In this document: positions 31,249 to 40,784 of the stretch, piece by piece
Numbering within the stretch: the stretch's first letter is position 1
How the letters are laid out: each line of letters starts with the position of its first letter
Assembly (NCBI GenBank): GCA_963747235.1
Contig: CAVVEU010000040.1
Location: forward strand, 544,001 to 608,000
Source of the DNA: an uncultured Candidatus Rokubacteria bacterium
Lineage (GTDB): Bacteria > Methylomirabilota > Methylomirabilia > Rokubacteriales > CSP1-6
DNA length: 64,000 nt
Direction of reading: 5' to 3'
Notes under the pieces: generated by a model
The model's input: only the letters and a program-made list of their open reading frames with translations
Told to the model about the DNA's origin: nothing
Database searches by the model: none
Translations under genes and position numbers: made by a program

Positions 31249-32116
31249 TCAGCCGGGCGGTTGCGTTTCCTTCACGCGCGCGTACCTGGCCGGGGTCACC
31301 CCGTAGGCCGATTTGAACATGCGCGTGAAGTGCGCCTGGTCGGCAAAGCCCGCCGCCAGCGCCAGGTCCGCCAGCGGCGTCCCCGCGCGTAGCCGGCTCC
31401 GCGCGAAGTCGAGCCGGCGCAGGAGCGAGTAGCGGTACGGACTCGTCCCGTAGCGGACCCGGAACTGGCGGGCCAGCTCGTAGCGGCTCAGGCCCGTGAC
31501 CGCCTCGAGCTCGGTCGAGCGCACGATGGCGCGCCGGCCGTCCAGGAAGGCGCGGGCCCGGTCGAGCGCACCCTGGTCGACGCGCGGCGCCCCGGTGGGC
31601 GCGCCGTCCGCATCGCTCTCGATGAGGCCTTCCGCCAGACGGAGCACCAGGGCATCGAGCGCCAGCGGCTCCGCGGGGGCCTGGAACGCGGCCGTGACCG
31701 CGCGCGCCAGCGTCGGGTTCCGCGAGACGGGCTCCCGCGCGAACGGCAGCGGCGCCGGCCGACCCCGGATCGCGTGGACCGCCGCGGCGATGCGGGCCGG
31801 CTCGACGTAGACGATCCGGTAGCCGAAGCCGTTCTCGCCCCCGGCGCGCCCGTCGTGCGTCTCGTCGGGGTGGAGCACGACCACGTCGCCCGGCACGCAG
31901 CGCTCGACGCGCCCGCGGTAGTCGAACATCTGGACGCCGGCCTCGGTGACGCCGATCGCGTAGGTGTCGTGGCGATGCGGGGCGAAGGCGCGCCCGCGGA
32001 ACCAGGCACGCAGCAGCTCGACGCCCCCCACCGGCCCGCGCCCGCGCACCCACTCGCGCGCGCCGCACGAACGTTCAAGACCCTCGCGGGCCGATCGGCC
32101 TAGCTTTGACGGCCAT
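31249..32116 (-). CDS. AraC family transcriptional regulator; probable 1-nt frameshift in a G-run near 32082
   Basis: HRHDTYAIG, HPDETHDG, GLSRYELARQF, AGFADQAHFTRMFK..GVTP; divergent from a LysE gene. Confidence 0.9.
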
Positions 32117-32152
32117 GTGGCGAATCTACCCGCTCCGTGGCGGCCGGCGCAA

Positions 32153-32749
32153 ATGACCTTCGAGCAGGCCTTCGCCTTCTTCCTCTTCTCGGTCGCCGCG
32201 GCCGGCACGCCGGGCCCCAGCAACACGCTGCTGACCGCCACCGGGGCGAACGTGGGCGTGCTGCGCGGCCTGCCCTGCCTGTTCGGGGTCGCCCTCGGCA
32301 TGGGGCTGATGATGTTCCTCGTGGCCTTCGGTCTCGGCAGCGTGATCCTCCACCACCCGGTCGTCCTGGAAGGCGTCAAGTGGTGCGGGGCGGCGGTGCT
32401 GGGCTGGCTCGCCTGGAAGATCGCGACCGCGGGCCGCTCCGGCGCCAACACGGCCGGCCCTCCGGTCGGGTTCCTCGGCGCGGCGGCGTTCCAGTGGATC
32501 AACCCGAAGTCCTGGCTCGTCTGCGCCAGCGCGGCCGCGACCTTCCTGCAGGACGGGGCGAGCAGCGCGCTCGCCCAGTCGGCCGCCTTCGGGCTCACGT
32601 TCGTTCTCGCGTCGCTGCCGAGCTGCTTCCCCTGGCTGGCCTTCGGCGCGGTGCTCCAGCGCGTCCTGCGCTCCGAGCGCGCCCGGCGCATCTTCAACGG
32701 CGCCATGGGCGCGCTTCTCGCCGCCTCCGTGCTGCTGATCTTCTGGTAG
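32153..32749 (+). CDS. LysE/RhtB family translocator
   Basis: TPGPSN, FQWINPKSW, FNGAMGALL. Confidence 0.92.
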   Translation: MTFEQAFAFFLFSVAAAGTPGPSNTLLTATGANVGVLRGLPCLFGVALGMGLMMFLVAFGLGSVILHHPVVLEGVKWCGAAVLGWLAWKIATAGRSGANTAGPPVGFLGAAAFQWINPKSWLVCASAAATFLQDGASSALAQSAAFGLTFVLASLPSCFPWLAFGAVLQRVLRSERARRIFNGAMGALLAASVLLIFW

Positions 32750-32773
32750 GATCGCCGTCAAAGGAGACCCGGG

Positions 32774-33133
32774 ATGACGGCGAAGCTGATGCTCTGCGGT
32801 CTGCTGGTCGTGCTGGGGGTGTTCATCGGACGGGCCACGATGGCCCATTCGCCCCAGGCGCAGGTCACCGAGCAGGAGCTGCTGAACAACGACTCCGTGC
32901 GGATCGTCCTGATGACCTACCCGCCCGGCGCCGACTCCGATCTCCACCTGAACGAGGGCGCCGAGATCACCATCGTCCAGGACGGCGAGCTGGCGCTGTA
33001 CGCGAAGGGCAAGCGGGAGGCGCTGCGGCCGCGCAGCGCCCACTGGCTCGAGCAGGGCTCGGCCCACCTGGCCCGCAACGAGGGGAAGCGCCCGGCCAGG
33101 TTCTGGTCCATCCTGCTCAAGAAGTGCGACTGA
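32774..33133 (+). CDS. Secreted cupin-domain protein
   Basis: Signal/TM, LLNNDSVRIV..PPGADSDLH..E..HLARNEG. Confidence 0.7.
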   Translation: MTAKLMLCGLLVVLGVFIGRATMAHSPQAQVTEQELLNNDSVRIVLMTYPPGADSDLHLNEGAEITIVQDGELALYAKGKREALRPRSAHWLEQGSAHLARNEGKRPARFWSILLKKCD

Positions 33134-33750
33134 CCACGACGTCGGAGCCCTCGCGCGAGCGCTGGAATCGCCGCTGGGCCGGCGAGGAGCGCGTCCACGC
33201 CAGCACCGCCCCCAGCCGGTTCCTGGTCGCGGAGGTCGCTGACCTGCGGCCGGGCACGGCGCTCGACCTGGCATGCGGCGCGGGCCGGAACGCGGTCTGG
33301 CTCGCCGGGCAGGGCTGGCGCGTGACCGCAGTGGATTTTTCCGGGATCGCGCTCCGGATGGCGCGAACCCTCGCGGCCGAGCGCCGCGTCGAGGTCGAGT
33401 GGATCGAGGCCGACGCGCTGGCGTGGACGCCGCCGGCGCGCGCGTACGACCTGGTGTGCGTCTTCTACCTGCAGCTCCCGCCGAGCGAGCGCCCGACCGC
33501 GCTGGCGCGCGCGGCGGACGCGGTACGGCCGGGCGGCACGCTCCTGGTCGTCGGCCACGATCTCCTCAACCTCACCGAGGGCGCGGGCGGCCCGACCCAG
33601 CCCGACGTCCTCTTCACCCCGGACGACGTGGTCGCGGAGATCGGGGATCTCCGGATCGAGAAGGCCCTGCGCGTGCGCCGGACCGTCGAGGATGCGTCCG
33701 CCCCGCGCGAGGCGATCGACGCCCTCGTCCGGGCCACGCGCCTGCCCTAG
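33130..33750 (+). CDS. Class I SAM-dependent methyltransferase (start uncertain)
   Basis: ERWNRRW, ALDLACGAGRNA, VTAVDFS, RPGGTLLVVGH. Confidence 0.88.
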   Translation: MTTTSEPSRERWNRRWAGEERVHASTAPSRFLVAEVADLRPGTALDLACGAGRNAVWLAGQGWRVTAVDFSGIALRMARTLAAERRVEVEWIEADALAWTPPARAYDLVCVFYLQLPPSERPTALARAADAVRPGGTLLVVGHDLLNLTEGAGGPTQPDVLFTPDDVVAEIGDLRIEKALRVRRTVEDASAPREAIDALVRATRLP

Positions 33751-33762
33751 GAGACACCCGCC

Positions 33763-34296
33763 ATGTCCTGGATCGCCGAGGTGCACGAGAGCGCGGCCGA
33801 GGGCCGCCTGAAGGAAGGCTACGAGCGCGTCATCCGAGGGCTGGGCCGCATGATCCCCTTCTACCGCGTCTTCACGCCGAGCCCGCGCCTGCTCGGCGCC
33901 CATCTCGAGTTCTACGGCGCCCTCGGCGGATCCGGCGCACTCTCCAAGCTGCGCCGCGAGTACATCGCCACCGCGGTCAGCGCCGAGAACGGCTGCGCGC
34001 ACTGCACCCAGCTCCACGGCGGCTTCCTCCGCGCGCTCGGCGCCGACCCGGCGTTGGTCCACGCGCTCGCGACCGAGCCGGCCGCGGCCCTCCTGCCGCC
34101 CACGGACCGGGCGATGGTGGACTACGCGCTCAAGCTGACCCGCGCGCCGCGGACGATGACGCGTGCGGACGTGGAGGCGCTGCGCGCCCACGGATTCGTG
34201 GACGCGGAGATCTTCGAGATCGCGTTCACCACCGCGTACTTCAACTACACGAACCGCGTCGCCGAGGGGCTCGGCGTGGAGCCCGAGCCCGCGTGA
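33763..34296 (+). CDS. AhpD/carboxymuconolactone decarboxylase-like peroxidase-related enzyme
   Basis: REYIATAVSAENGCAHCTQLH, YFNYTNRVAEGLG. Confidence 0.9.
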   Translation: MSWIAEVHESAAEGRLKEGYERVIRGLGRMIPFYRVFTPSPRLLGAHLEFYGALGGSGALSKLRREYIATAVSAENGCAHCTQLHGGFLRALGADPALVHALATEPAAALLPPTDRAMVDYALKLTRAPRTMTRADVEALRAHGFVDAEIFEIAFTTAYFNYTNRVAEGLGVEPEPA

Positions 34297-34306
34297 GGCC
34301 GCCCGC

Positions 34307-35453
34307 GTGAACTTCGACCTCACGCCCGAGCAGCAGCGCTGGCGCGAGGTGGCGCGCGAGTTCGCCCAGCGGGTGCTCGGGCCCGGCGCGGACGCCTGGG
34401 ACGAGGCCGGCGAGTATCCGCTGGGCGCGTTCCGCGAGGCGGCCGCGCTCGGACTCGCGGGCCTGTTCGCGCCGGTCGAGGACGGCGGGCAGGGTCTCGA
34501 CGGCCTCACCGGCGGCCTGATCCTGGAGCAGCTCGCCCAAGGGTGCTTCGCCACCACGTTCGGCCTCGTCGTCCACAACAACTTCGCGCGAAGCCTCGCG
34601 CGGGCGGGCACCGACGCGGGCCGCGCGCGCTGGCTCGCCGCGGTCACCCGCGGGGAGCTGCTCGGCGGCTTCGCGCTCACCGAGCCGGACGCGGGCACCG
34701 ACGCGGCCGCGATCACCACGACGGCCACGCCGGAGCGGGGCGGCTACCGACTCGACGGCGTCAAGGCGTGGGTCACCAACGGCGGCACCGCGGATCTCTA
34801 CAACGTGATGGCGCGCACCGCGCCCCGCGCCGCCGGCGGGTCCGGCGCGGATGGAATCTCGAGCATCGTGGTCGAGCGCGACCGGCCCGGCGTCTCCTTC
34901 GGCCCGCGGGATCGCGTGACCGCGGCGCGCGCGCTCCCCACCTGCGAGCTGCGGCTCGACGGCGTGTGGGTGCCCGCCGATCACCTGCTGGGCCGCGAGG
35001 GCGACGGGCTGCGGGCCGCGCTCGCGACGATCGATCTCGCGCGCGCCCAGGTCGGCGCCATCGCCACCGGGCTGGCCCAGGGCGCGCTCGACGAGGCGGT
35101 CGCGTACGCCCGCGAGCGACGGGCCTTCGGCCGCGCCATCGCGGAGTTCCAGGGCCTGCAGTTCCTGCTCGCGGATCTCGCGGCCCAAGTCGAGGCGGCG
35201 CGCTCTGGCCTACCGCGCGGCCTGGCTGTTCGACCAGGGGCGACCCGCGACGCGCGCCTGCGCCATCGCCAAGCGGGTGGGCGTGGACGCGGCGGAGGAA
35301 GTCGCCCGCAAGGCGCTCGAGGTCTTCGGCGCCTCCGGGCTGCGCCGCGACCGGCCGGTCGAGCGCTACCTGCGCTGGGCCAAGGTCACGGCCTTCATCG
35401 ACGGCACGCCGCAGGTGCAGCAGCTCGTCATCGCGCGCGATCTCCTGCGCTGA
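34307..35453 (+). CDS. Acyl-CoA dehydrogenase, frameshift near 35205
   Basis: FALTEPDAGTD, GVKAWVTNG, RRAFGRAIAEFQGLQF, VERYLR..DGTPQVQ. Confidence 0.92.
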
Positions 35454-35509
35454 CGCCCTCCTCGTGGAGCAGCTGAAGAAGGCGGGTCGTTACCGAGAGG
35501 AACCGGCGA

Positions 35510-35803
35510 TCAGGCGCCGGGATTCAGCCGCGGATCACTGACGAGCGTCCAGTCGTCGACGCCCTCGATGGTCGGCGTTGCCGCGCTGGTCGTCGTATGG
35601 GTTCGCCCCTTGCTCGGCGAGAACCACACGAACTCCTTCGAGCCCTGGCCACCATTCACGCCGGCCGCCTCGATCTCGGGACCACTGGTGCCGCTCTCTT
35701 TACGCTCCGCCTTCCGCGCGCGCTTCGCGTCTTGCTTGGCCTTGCGTTGATCTTCCTTGCGGCGGCGGTCGCCGCGGTACATCCCCGGCCGTTTTTGAGC
35801 CAT
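35510..35803 (-). CDS. Small basic hypothetical protein
   Basis: AAGGGAG RBS; Lys/Arg-rich helix then a Trp-containing C-terminal segment. Confidence 0.65.
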   Translation of the reverse strand: MAQKRPGMYRGDRRRKEDQRKAKQDAKRARKAERKESGTSGPEIEAAGVNGGQGSKEFVWFSPSKGRTHTTTSAATPTIEGVDDWTLVSDPRLNPGA

Positions 35804-35913
35804 CGCACTCCCTTCTGGTTGCCCCCACTCTACATGACCGGCCGGGGATCGGCGGTCGCACTTTGATCTGTTCGTAACCCCTCGGATTCGTTAGCGCAGG
35901 GGGCCCGAATCGC

Positions 35914-36366
35914 TCATGGCGGCACTCGCCTGGTGACCGTCGCCCGCCGGTTGAGGGCGCGACACGCGGACGTCTTCTCCTTGCAGTGAGGCTCGGCCCC
36001 ACCGCGGGATTCGGTCATGATGTGATCCGCGGTCACGCCCTTGGTCACCAGATAGGCCTTGGCGGATTTGGCCCGCTGCTCGCCGATCTCCAGGCTGATC
36101 TCGCTCTCTCCGGGCCCGTCGGTATGCCCCTCGATCACGAGGACCCGCCTCCGCTCGTCACGCTGCCACGAGGCGTGCGCATCGAGAATGCTCCTGTCCT
36201 GTGGCCGGATCTGGGTGATCCCGGCCGGAAAGTAGACGGTCGAGAGCTCTTGGGGCGCCGCCGACACCACCGAGACCGCGGGCCGAGCCCGGAAGCGCAT
36301 GAGGACCGACGGCACGAGAAAGAGCATCAGCAACGTCGCGATCCAGGCGAGGCGCTTGACGTTCAT
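35914..36366 (-). CDS. OmpA/Pal-like peptidoglycan-binding protein
   Basis: N-terminal TM, VYF, IEGHTD, GEQRAKS, SRG..P, NRRA. Confidence 0.85.
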   Translation of the reverse strand: MNVKRLAWIATLLMLFLVPSVLMRFRARPAVSVVSAAPQELSTVYFPAGITQIRPQDRSILDAHASWQRDERRRVLVIEGHTDGPGESEISLEIGEQRAKSAKAYLVTKGVTADHIMTESRGGAEPHCKEKTSACRALNRRATVTRRVPP

Positions 36367-36449
36367 CGACCGCGCGCTCGGGCCGGCGCTCGGACTCCCG
36401 CCTCGGCGCGTCGGCTGCCTCGGGCGCCGAGAGGGTCGGGGGACGGGTG

Positions 36450-36836
36450 TCATGCCACCGCCGGCCCAGCAACCCGGAGGATGGCGTCCAGCAAGACCTG
36501 GCCATCGAATGGCTTCACCAGGTATCCGGCCATGCCGGAGCGCCTGATCCGCTCGCGGGTCGTGGCGTCGTCGTGCGCGGTCATGAAGATGATCGGGATC
36601 GCGAGCCGATCCAGCTTCATCTGCTCCTGGAGCTCGAACCCGGTCATCCCCTCGAGATAGATATCGAGCACCAGGCACGCGGTGCGGGTGGACGGCGTCG
36701 AGCCCAGGAATTCCCGCGCGGACGCGAACGTCTCGACGAGGTATCCCGCCGATCGGATCAACCGCTGCAGCGCCCGGGCCACCGACGCGTCGTCGTCTAC
36801 GATCGTGATCATCGAGGTGGGCCTGGGCTCGCGCAT
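36450..36836 (-). CDS. Single-domain response regulator (FixJ-like receiver)
   Basis: IVDDD, CLVLDIYL, FMTA, YLVKPF. Confidence 0.9.
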   Translation of the reverse strand: MREPRPTSMITIVDDDASVARALQRLIRSAGYLVETFASAREFLGSTPSTRTACLVLDIYLEGMTGFELQEQMKLDRLAIPIIFMTAHDDATTRERIRRSGMAGYLVKPFDGQVLLDAILRVAGPAVA

Positions 36837-36850
36837 GGCATCTCCAGGCA

Positions 36851-36897
36851 ATCGTTGCAGGACGTCAATGGCGGCGATAGTGGACCTTCGTCCTCGG
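36851..36897 (-). promoter_or_regulatory. Promoter with palindromic box (receiver/OmpA operon)
   Basis: TAGTGGACC-TT-CGTCCTCGG at 36878-36897; minus-strand TGc-AACGAT -10 begins 31.5 bp from the box centre. Confidence 0.55.
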
Positions 36898-36929
36898 ACG
36901 TAAAATGGCACCACGGGAGCGATGCCGGG

Positions 36930-36976
36930 CATGCGACCAAGGTCCACTGTGTCGCCCTCGGCTCCCCTGCTAGCGT
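36930..36976 (+). promoter_or_regulatory. Promoter with palindromic box (ppk1)
   Basis: ATGCGACC-AA-GGTCCACT centred 36939.5; TGc-TAGCGT -10 at 36971, 31.5 bp from the centre. Confidence 0.6.
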
Positions 36977-36982
36977 GATGTG

Positions 36983-39049
36983 ATGGCGAGGTTCGAGCTG
37001 CCTTCCGACGCGTTCGTGAACCGGGAGCTGTCCTGGCTCGAGTTCAACCGGCGCGTGCTCGAGGAGGCCCAGGATCCCGCGGTGCCGCTGCTCGAGCGCG
37101 TGAAGTTCCTCGCCATCTTCAGCTCCAACCTGGACGAGTTCTTCATGGTGCGGGTGGCCATGCTGAAGCGCCGCATCCGAGCCGGCGATCTGACCGCGAG
37201 CCCGGACGGGCTCACGCCCGCCGCGACCCTGGCCGCGGTGGCGACCCGCGTGCACGAGCTGGTCGAGGCCCAGCATCGCTGCTTCCTCGACGACGTCCAG
37301 CCGCTCCTGGCCGCCGAGGGCATCGTCCTGCTCCGCGCGAAGGAGCTCGGCGAGGAGCAGCGGCGCTTTCTCGAGCAGTACATCCGCGGCACCGTGCTCC
37401 CGATCCTGACGCCGCTCGCGGTGGACCCGGCCCATCCCTTCCCCTACCTCGGGAACCGGTCCCTCTGCCTGGTGGCCTCCATCCGGGCCGCCGCGCCCTC
37501 GACCCTCCCGGACACCCGCCTCTCCGTGATCCACATCCCGGGGCCGCCGATCCCACGGTTCATCGCGCTGCCCGACCCGGACGGGCGGCACGCCTTCATT
37601 CTCCTGGAAGACGCGATCCGCCTGCATCTGCCCTCGATCTACACCGGCTACGACATCCTCTCGAGCCACGCCGTCCGCATCACCCGCGACGCCGATCTCC
37701 AGCCTCCGGGCCGGCCCGAGGACCTCCTCACGAGCATCGAGGAGAGCCTGCGGGAGCGCCGCCTGGGCACGGCGGTGCGGCTGCAGTACGAGGGGGATCT
37801 GCCCCCCGAGTTCCTGTCCACGCTTCTCGACGAGCTCGAGCTGCAGCTCGAGGATCTCTACGAAGGCGAAGGCTTCGCCGCGTTCTCGGATCTACTCCAG
37901 CTCTATGCCGCGCTGGACATTCCCCGTCTCAAGGATCGGCCGCTGCCGCCCCACCCCGTCACCGCCTTCGCGACCGCGCCCGACATCTGGAGCGCCCTCC
38001 GCGCGCGGGACGTCCTCGTGCACCACCCCTACCACGCCTTCGATGCGGTCACCCGCTTCGTGCAGGAGGCCTCCGTCGATCCGAAGGTGCTCGCGATCAA
38101 GATGACGCTCTACCGGGTGAGCCCGGCCTCGCCGATCGCCCATGCCCTGCACGCCGCCGTCGAGAACGGCAAGGAGGTCGCGGTCCTGGTGGAGCTCCAG
38201 GCGCGCTTCGACGAGGAAGCGAACATCCGCTGGGCCCGCGCGCTCGAAGAGGTCGGGGCCCACGTGGTCTACGGCCTCCCGGGGTTCAAGACCCACTGCA
38301 AGGCGTGCCTGGTCATCCGGCAGGAGAACGACGGGATCCGGCGCTACTGCCACCTCGCGACGGGCAACTACAACGTCCGCACCGCCGGGGTCTACAGTGA
38401 CCTCGGGCTCTTCACGAGCCGGGAGTCGTTCGGCGAGGACCTCACCCAGCTCTTCAACCTCCTCACCGGCTACACCCGCCCGACCGGCTTCCACCATCTC
38501 CTGCTCGCCCCCGGCGGCCTGCGCGAGGGGCTCATCGAGCGCATCCGGCGCGAAGCCGACCATGCCCGGGCTGGGCGCGCGGGACGGATCATCGCGAAGA
38601 TGAACGGCCTCGTGGACCGGCGCCTGATCGAGGAGCTGTACGCGGCCAGCACGGCGGGCGTGAGCATCGATCTGATCGTCCGCGGGATCTGCTGCCTGCG
38701 CCCCGAGGTGGGCGGACTTTCGGAGAACATCCGGGTCGTCTCGATCGTGGATCGCTATCTCGAGCACGCCCGCGTCTTCCACTTCGGCAATGATGGCGAC
38801 CCGGAATACCTGCTGGCCTCCGCCGACTGGATGCCCCGGAACCTGGATCGCCGGGTGGAGATCGCCTTCCCGGTGCTGGATCCGGACCTGCAGGCCCAGA
38901 TCCGCGAGATCCTCGAGATCCAGCTTGCCGACACCGTGAAGGCCCGGCGCATCCTCTCCGGCGGCGGCTCGGTCCGGGCCCGGGCGGGCGGCGCGCCGGC
39001 CCTGCGCTCACAGGATCGGCTCTACGCCGCGCTCGCCGCGACTACGTGA
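36983..39049 (+). CDS. ppk1: Polyphosphate kinase 1
   Basis: NRELSWLEFNRRVL, SSNLDEFFMVRV, HPFP, HHPY, IKMTLYR, ARFDEEANI, KTHCK, TGNYN, SADWMPRNLDRRVE. Confidence 0.97.
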   Translation: MARFELPSDAFVNRELSWLEFNRRVLEEAQDPAVPLLERVKFLAIFSSNLDEFFMVRVAMLKRRIRAGDLTASPDGLTPAATLAAVATRVHELVEAQHRCFLDDVQPLLAAEGIVLLRAKELGEEQRRFLEQYIRGTVLPILTPLAVDPAHPFPYLGNRSLCLVASIRAAAPSTLPDTRLSVIHIPGPPIPRFIALPDPDGRHAFILLEDAIRLHLPSIYTGYDILSSHAVRITRDADLQPPGRPEDLLTSIEESLRERRLGTAVRLQYEGDLPPEFLSTLLDELELQLEDLYEGEGFAAFSDLLQLYAALDIPRLKDRPLPPHPVTAFATAPDIWSALRARDVLVHHPYHAFDAVTRFVQEASVDPKVLAIKMTLYRVSPASPIAHALHAAVENGKEVAVLVELQARFDEEANIRWARALEEVGAHVVYGLPGFKTHCKACLVIRQENDGIRRYCHLATGNYNVRTAGVYSDLGLFTSRESFGEDLTQLFNLLTGYTRPTGFHHLLLAPGGLREGLIERIRREADHARAGRAGRIIAKMNGLVDRRLIEELYAASTAGVSIDLIVRGICCLRPEVGGLSENIRVVSIVDRYLEHARVFHFGNDGDPEYLLASADWMPRNLDRRVEIAFPVLDPDLQAQIREILEIQLADTVKARRILSGGGSVRARAGGAPALRSQDRLYAALAATT

Positions 39050-39521
39050 CGCCGCCGCTCTCGCCGCCTTCGTCGTGCCACGGCGCGACCGGCGCGGGAT
39101 AGCCGTAGTGGTAGTGGCCGAAGCGGGAGGGCGCGCGGACCGTGCTGCGCGGCCCCAGCTCACCCCGCGCGTCGAAGACCCACGGCCGCCCCGATCCTCC
39201 GTTGAACCGTCGGGCTCCGCGAATCGGGACCTCGGCGAGGAACGCGCTCACCGTCGGATCCGAGTAGGCGCCGAAGGCGTCGACCAGGGTCCCGCGAACG
39301 CCGCCCTCGCCTTCGATCGCGTAGACGATCGCCATGTCGTCGGGATCCGAGACACCCTCGAAGCGATGGTACTCGCGGACCACCACCTGGTGAGAACTGA
39401 ACCGCCGGCCGCTGTCGAACGACCGCAGCTCACCGCCCCTCACACCGAAGTGCTCGACGAACCCGGAGCCGGCCAGATCAGCCATCGTGCACGCCAGGGT
39501 CAGGTCGCTCGCCTCTCTCAC
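39042..39521 (-). CDS. Conserved hypothetical protein (RFEG-SDPDD family) with C-terminal WHDEGG tail
   Basis: EYHRFEGVSDPDDMAIVYAIE..GTLVDAFG recalls a family often mislabelled phosphoribosylpyrophosphate synthetase. Confidence 0.7.
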   Translation of the reverse strand: MREASDLTLACTMADLAGSGFVEHFGVRGGELRSFDSGRRFSSHQVVVREYHRFEGVSDPDDMAIVYAIEGEGGVRGTLVDAFGAYSDPTVSAFLAEVPIRGARRFNGGSGRPWVFDARGELGPRSTVRAPSRFGHYHYGYPAPVAPWHDEGGESGGVT

Positions 39522-39523
39522 GA

Positions 39524-39856
39524 CTATCCCCTGAATGTGAGCATCCAGTTCGGGCCCGCGTGCGAGTCGTGCAGCGTGATGACCAGCCGCCCGCGGCACC
39601 GGACGTCGCCGCAGTCGCACGCCGTCGGCTCCACGGGCTCGGGCGTCCACTCCCCGGTCGGATACGTCATCCGGAGCACCGAACTCTCCGCACACCCCGG
39701 GTCGTCCACGAAGACCAGCCGCGTCCGACCGTCGAGCAGGGCGCCCAGGACGTGCGCGCCGGTTTCCGACCGGATCAAGGGATGGTCGGCCGAGTCGTAG
39801 AGGTGGTAGGGCCCTTCGTGATCCCGGAACCGCCGAGCGAAGCCGCCTTCCTCCAC
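39524..39856 (-). CDS. Hypothetical protein with CxCxxxxC cluster
   Basis: Tightly packed in operon (2-bp gaps both sides); ACDCGDVRC. Confidence 0.55.
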   Translation of the reverse strand: MEEGGFARRFRDHEGPYHLYDSADHPLIRSETGAHVLGALLDGRTRLVFVDDPGCAESSVLRMTYPTGEWTPEPVEPTACDCGDVRCRGRLVITLHDSHAGPNWMLTFRG

Positions 39857-39858
39857 CG

Positions 39859-40353
39859 CTACCGGCCCGCGCCGATCGAGACCACGAAGTTGACGGTCTC
39901 CTCCCGGAACGGAGACGCGATGTACGCGAGATCCAGCCGGATCTCCCTGAGCCGGTTCGCGGTCAGCGCCTCGACCGGGAACTCCACGTCGAGCGTCTGG
40001 GAGGCTTCCTGCCCTGGGTCGAGCCGCTCGTTACCGTACGTGGTGAACTTGACGATCGGATCGGCATGGGCCGCGTCGAGCTTGATGCGCTGCCCCTGCG
40101 CGTCGATGAACTGGAGCTTGCCCTCGACCAGTCGAACCGTCCGGTTCAAGGACGTATTGACCAGCCGCAGCTTCCCGGTGAGCCGCGCGGGCGAGACCAC
40201 GCGCTCGGAATCCTTCTCGACGCGCTCGGTGACCTTCAGCTCGATGACCTCCCCCGTGATCATCCCGGTCTTCACCGTGATGGACGAGGGGGTCACCGGA
40301 TAGACCTTGTCCACGATCGCAGCTCCCACCGCCGTCTCTCGCCACACCTTCAT
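39859..40353 (-). CDS. Hypothetical beta-rich protein
   Basis: GC3-biased ORF with protein-like composition, alternating hydrophobic strands, LDPGQ motif. Confidence 0.75.
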   Translation of the reverse strand: MKVWRETAVGAAIVDKVYPVTPSSITVKTGMITGEVIELKVTERVEKDSERVVSPARLTGKLRLVNTSLNRTVRLVEGKLQFIDAQGQRIKLDAAHADPIVKFTTYGNERLDPGQEASQTLDVEFPVEALTANRLREIRLDLAYIASPFREETVNFVVSIGAGR

Positions 40354-40374
40354 CGCATGAGACCTACGGTCGCG

Positions 40375-40743
40375 CTACTTGGCTTCCGCCGTCTTCAGGA
40401 GGGCGGTGGCGCAGGCCTCGGCCACGGCCCGATTCGGATCCGCCTGCCCCGGGAACGTCGCCCATCCGGTCTTCATCACGAATTCCGTCTGCTCGTACGA
40501 GGACGTGATGGCGGTGAGCTGGGCGAGCTTCTTGGCGTAGGACACGTCGGCCTTCTTGCCCGCGAGACAGATCGGGACCAGCGCCGCGGTGACCGCGTTG
40601 TCGGACTGGATCATCGCCTGCTGGCGGGCCGTGCTGCTCGTCGTCCACCCGCCCCAGCTGAACCCCACGATCATCGTGAGGATGCTGCCGATGACCACTC
40701 CCCAGATCCCTGGCTTGAGCCACGTCGTGTGCAGTGATGGCAT
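40375..40743 (-). CDS. Conserved hypothetical membrane-anchored protein (GFSWGGW, two Cys)
   Basis: GGGAGG RBS; TM segment, VPIC..GWATFPG..VAEAC. Confidence 0.8.
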   Translation of the reverse strand: MPSLHTTWLKPGIWGVVIGSILTMIVGFSWGGWTTSSTARQQAMIQSDNAVTAALVPICLAGKKADVSYAKKLAQLTAITSSYEQTEFVMKTGWATFPGQADPNRAVAEACATALLKTAEAK

Positions 40744-40784
40744 AAGGGCCTCCCGGCATTCCTTAGAATGTGAGTACATCTCCG

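Noticed and set aside
36905-36920. GG-N10-GC site upstream of ppk1 (TGGCACCACGGGAGC)
   Set aside because: Lacks TT before GC; the extended -10 plus palindromic box explains the promoter better.
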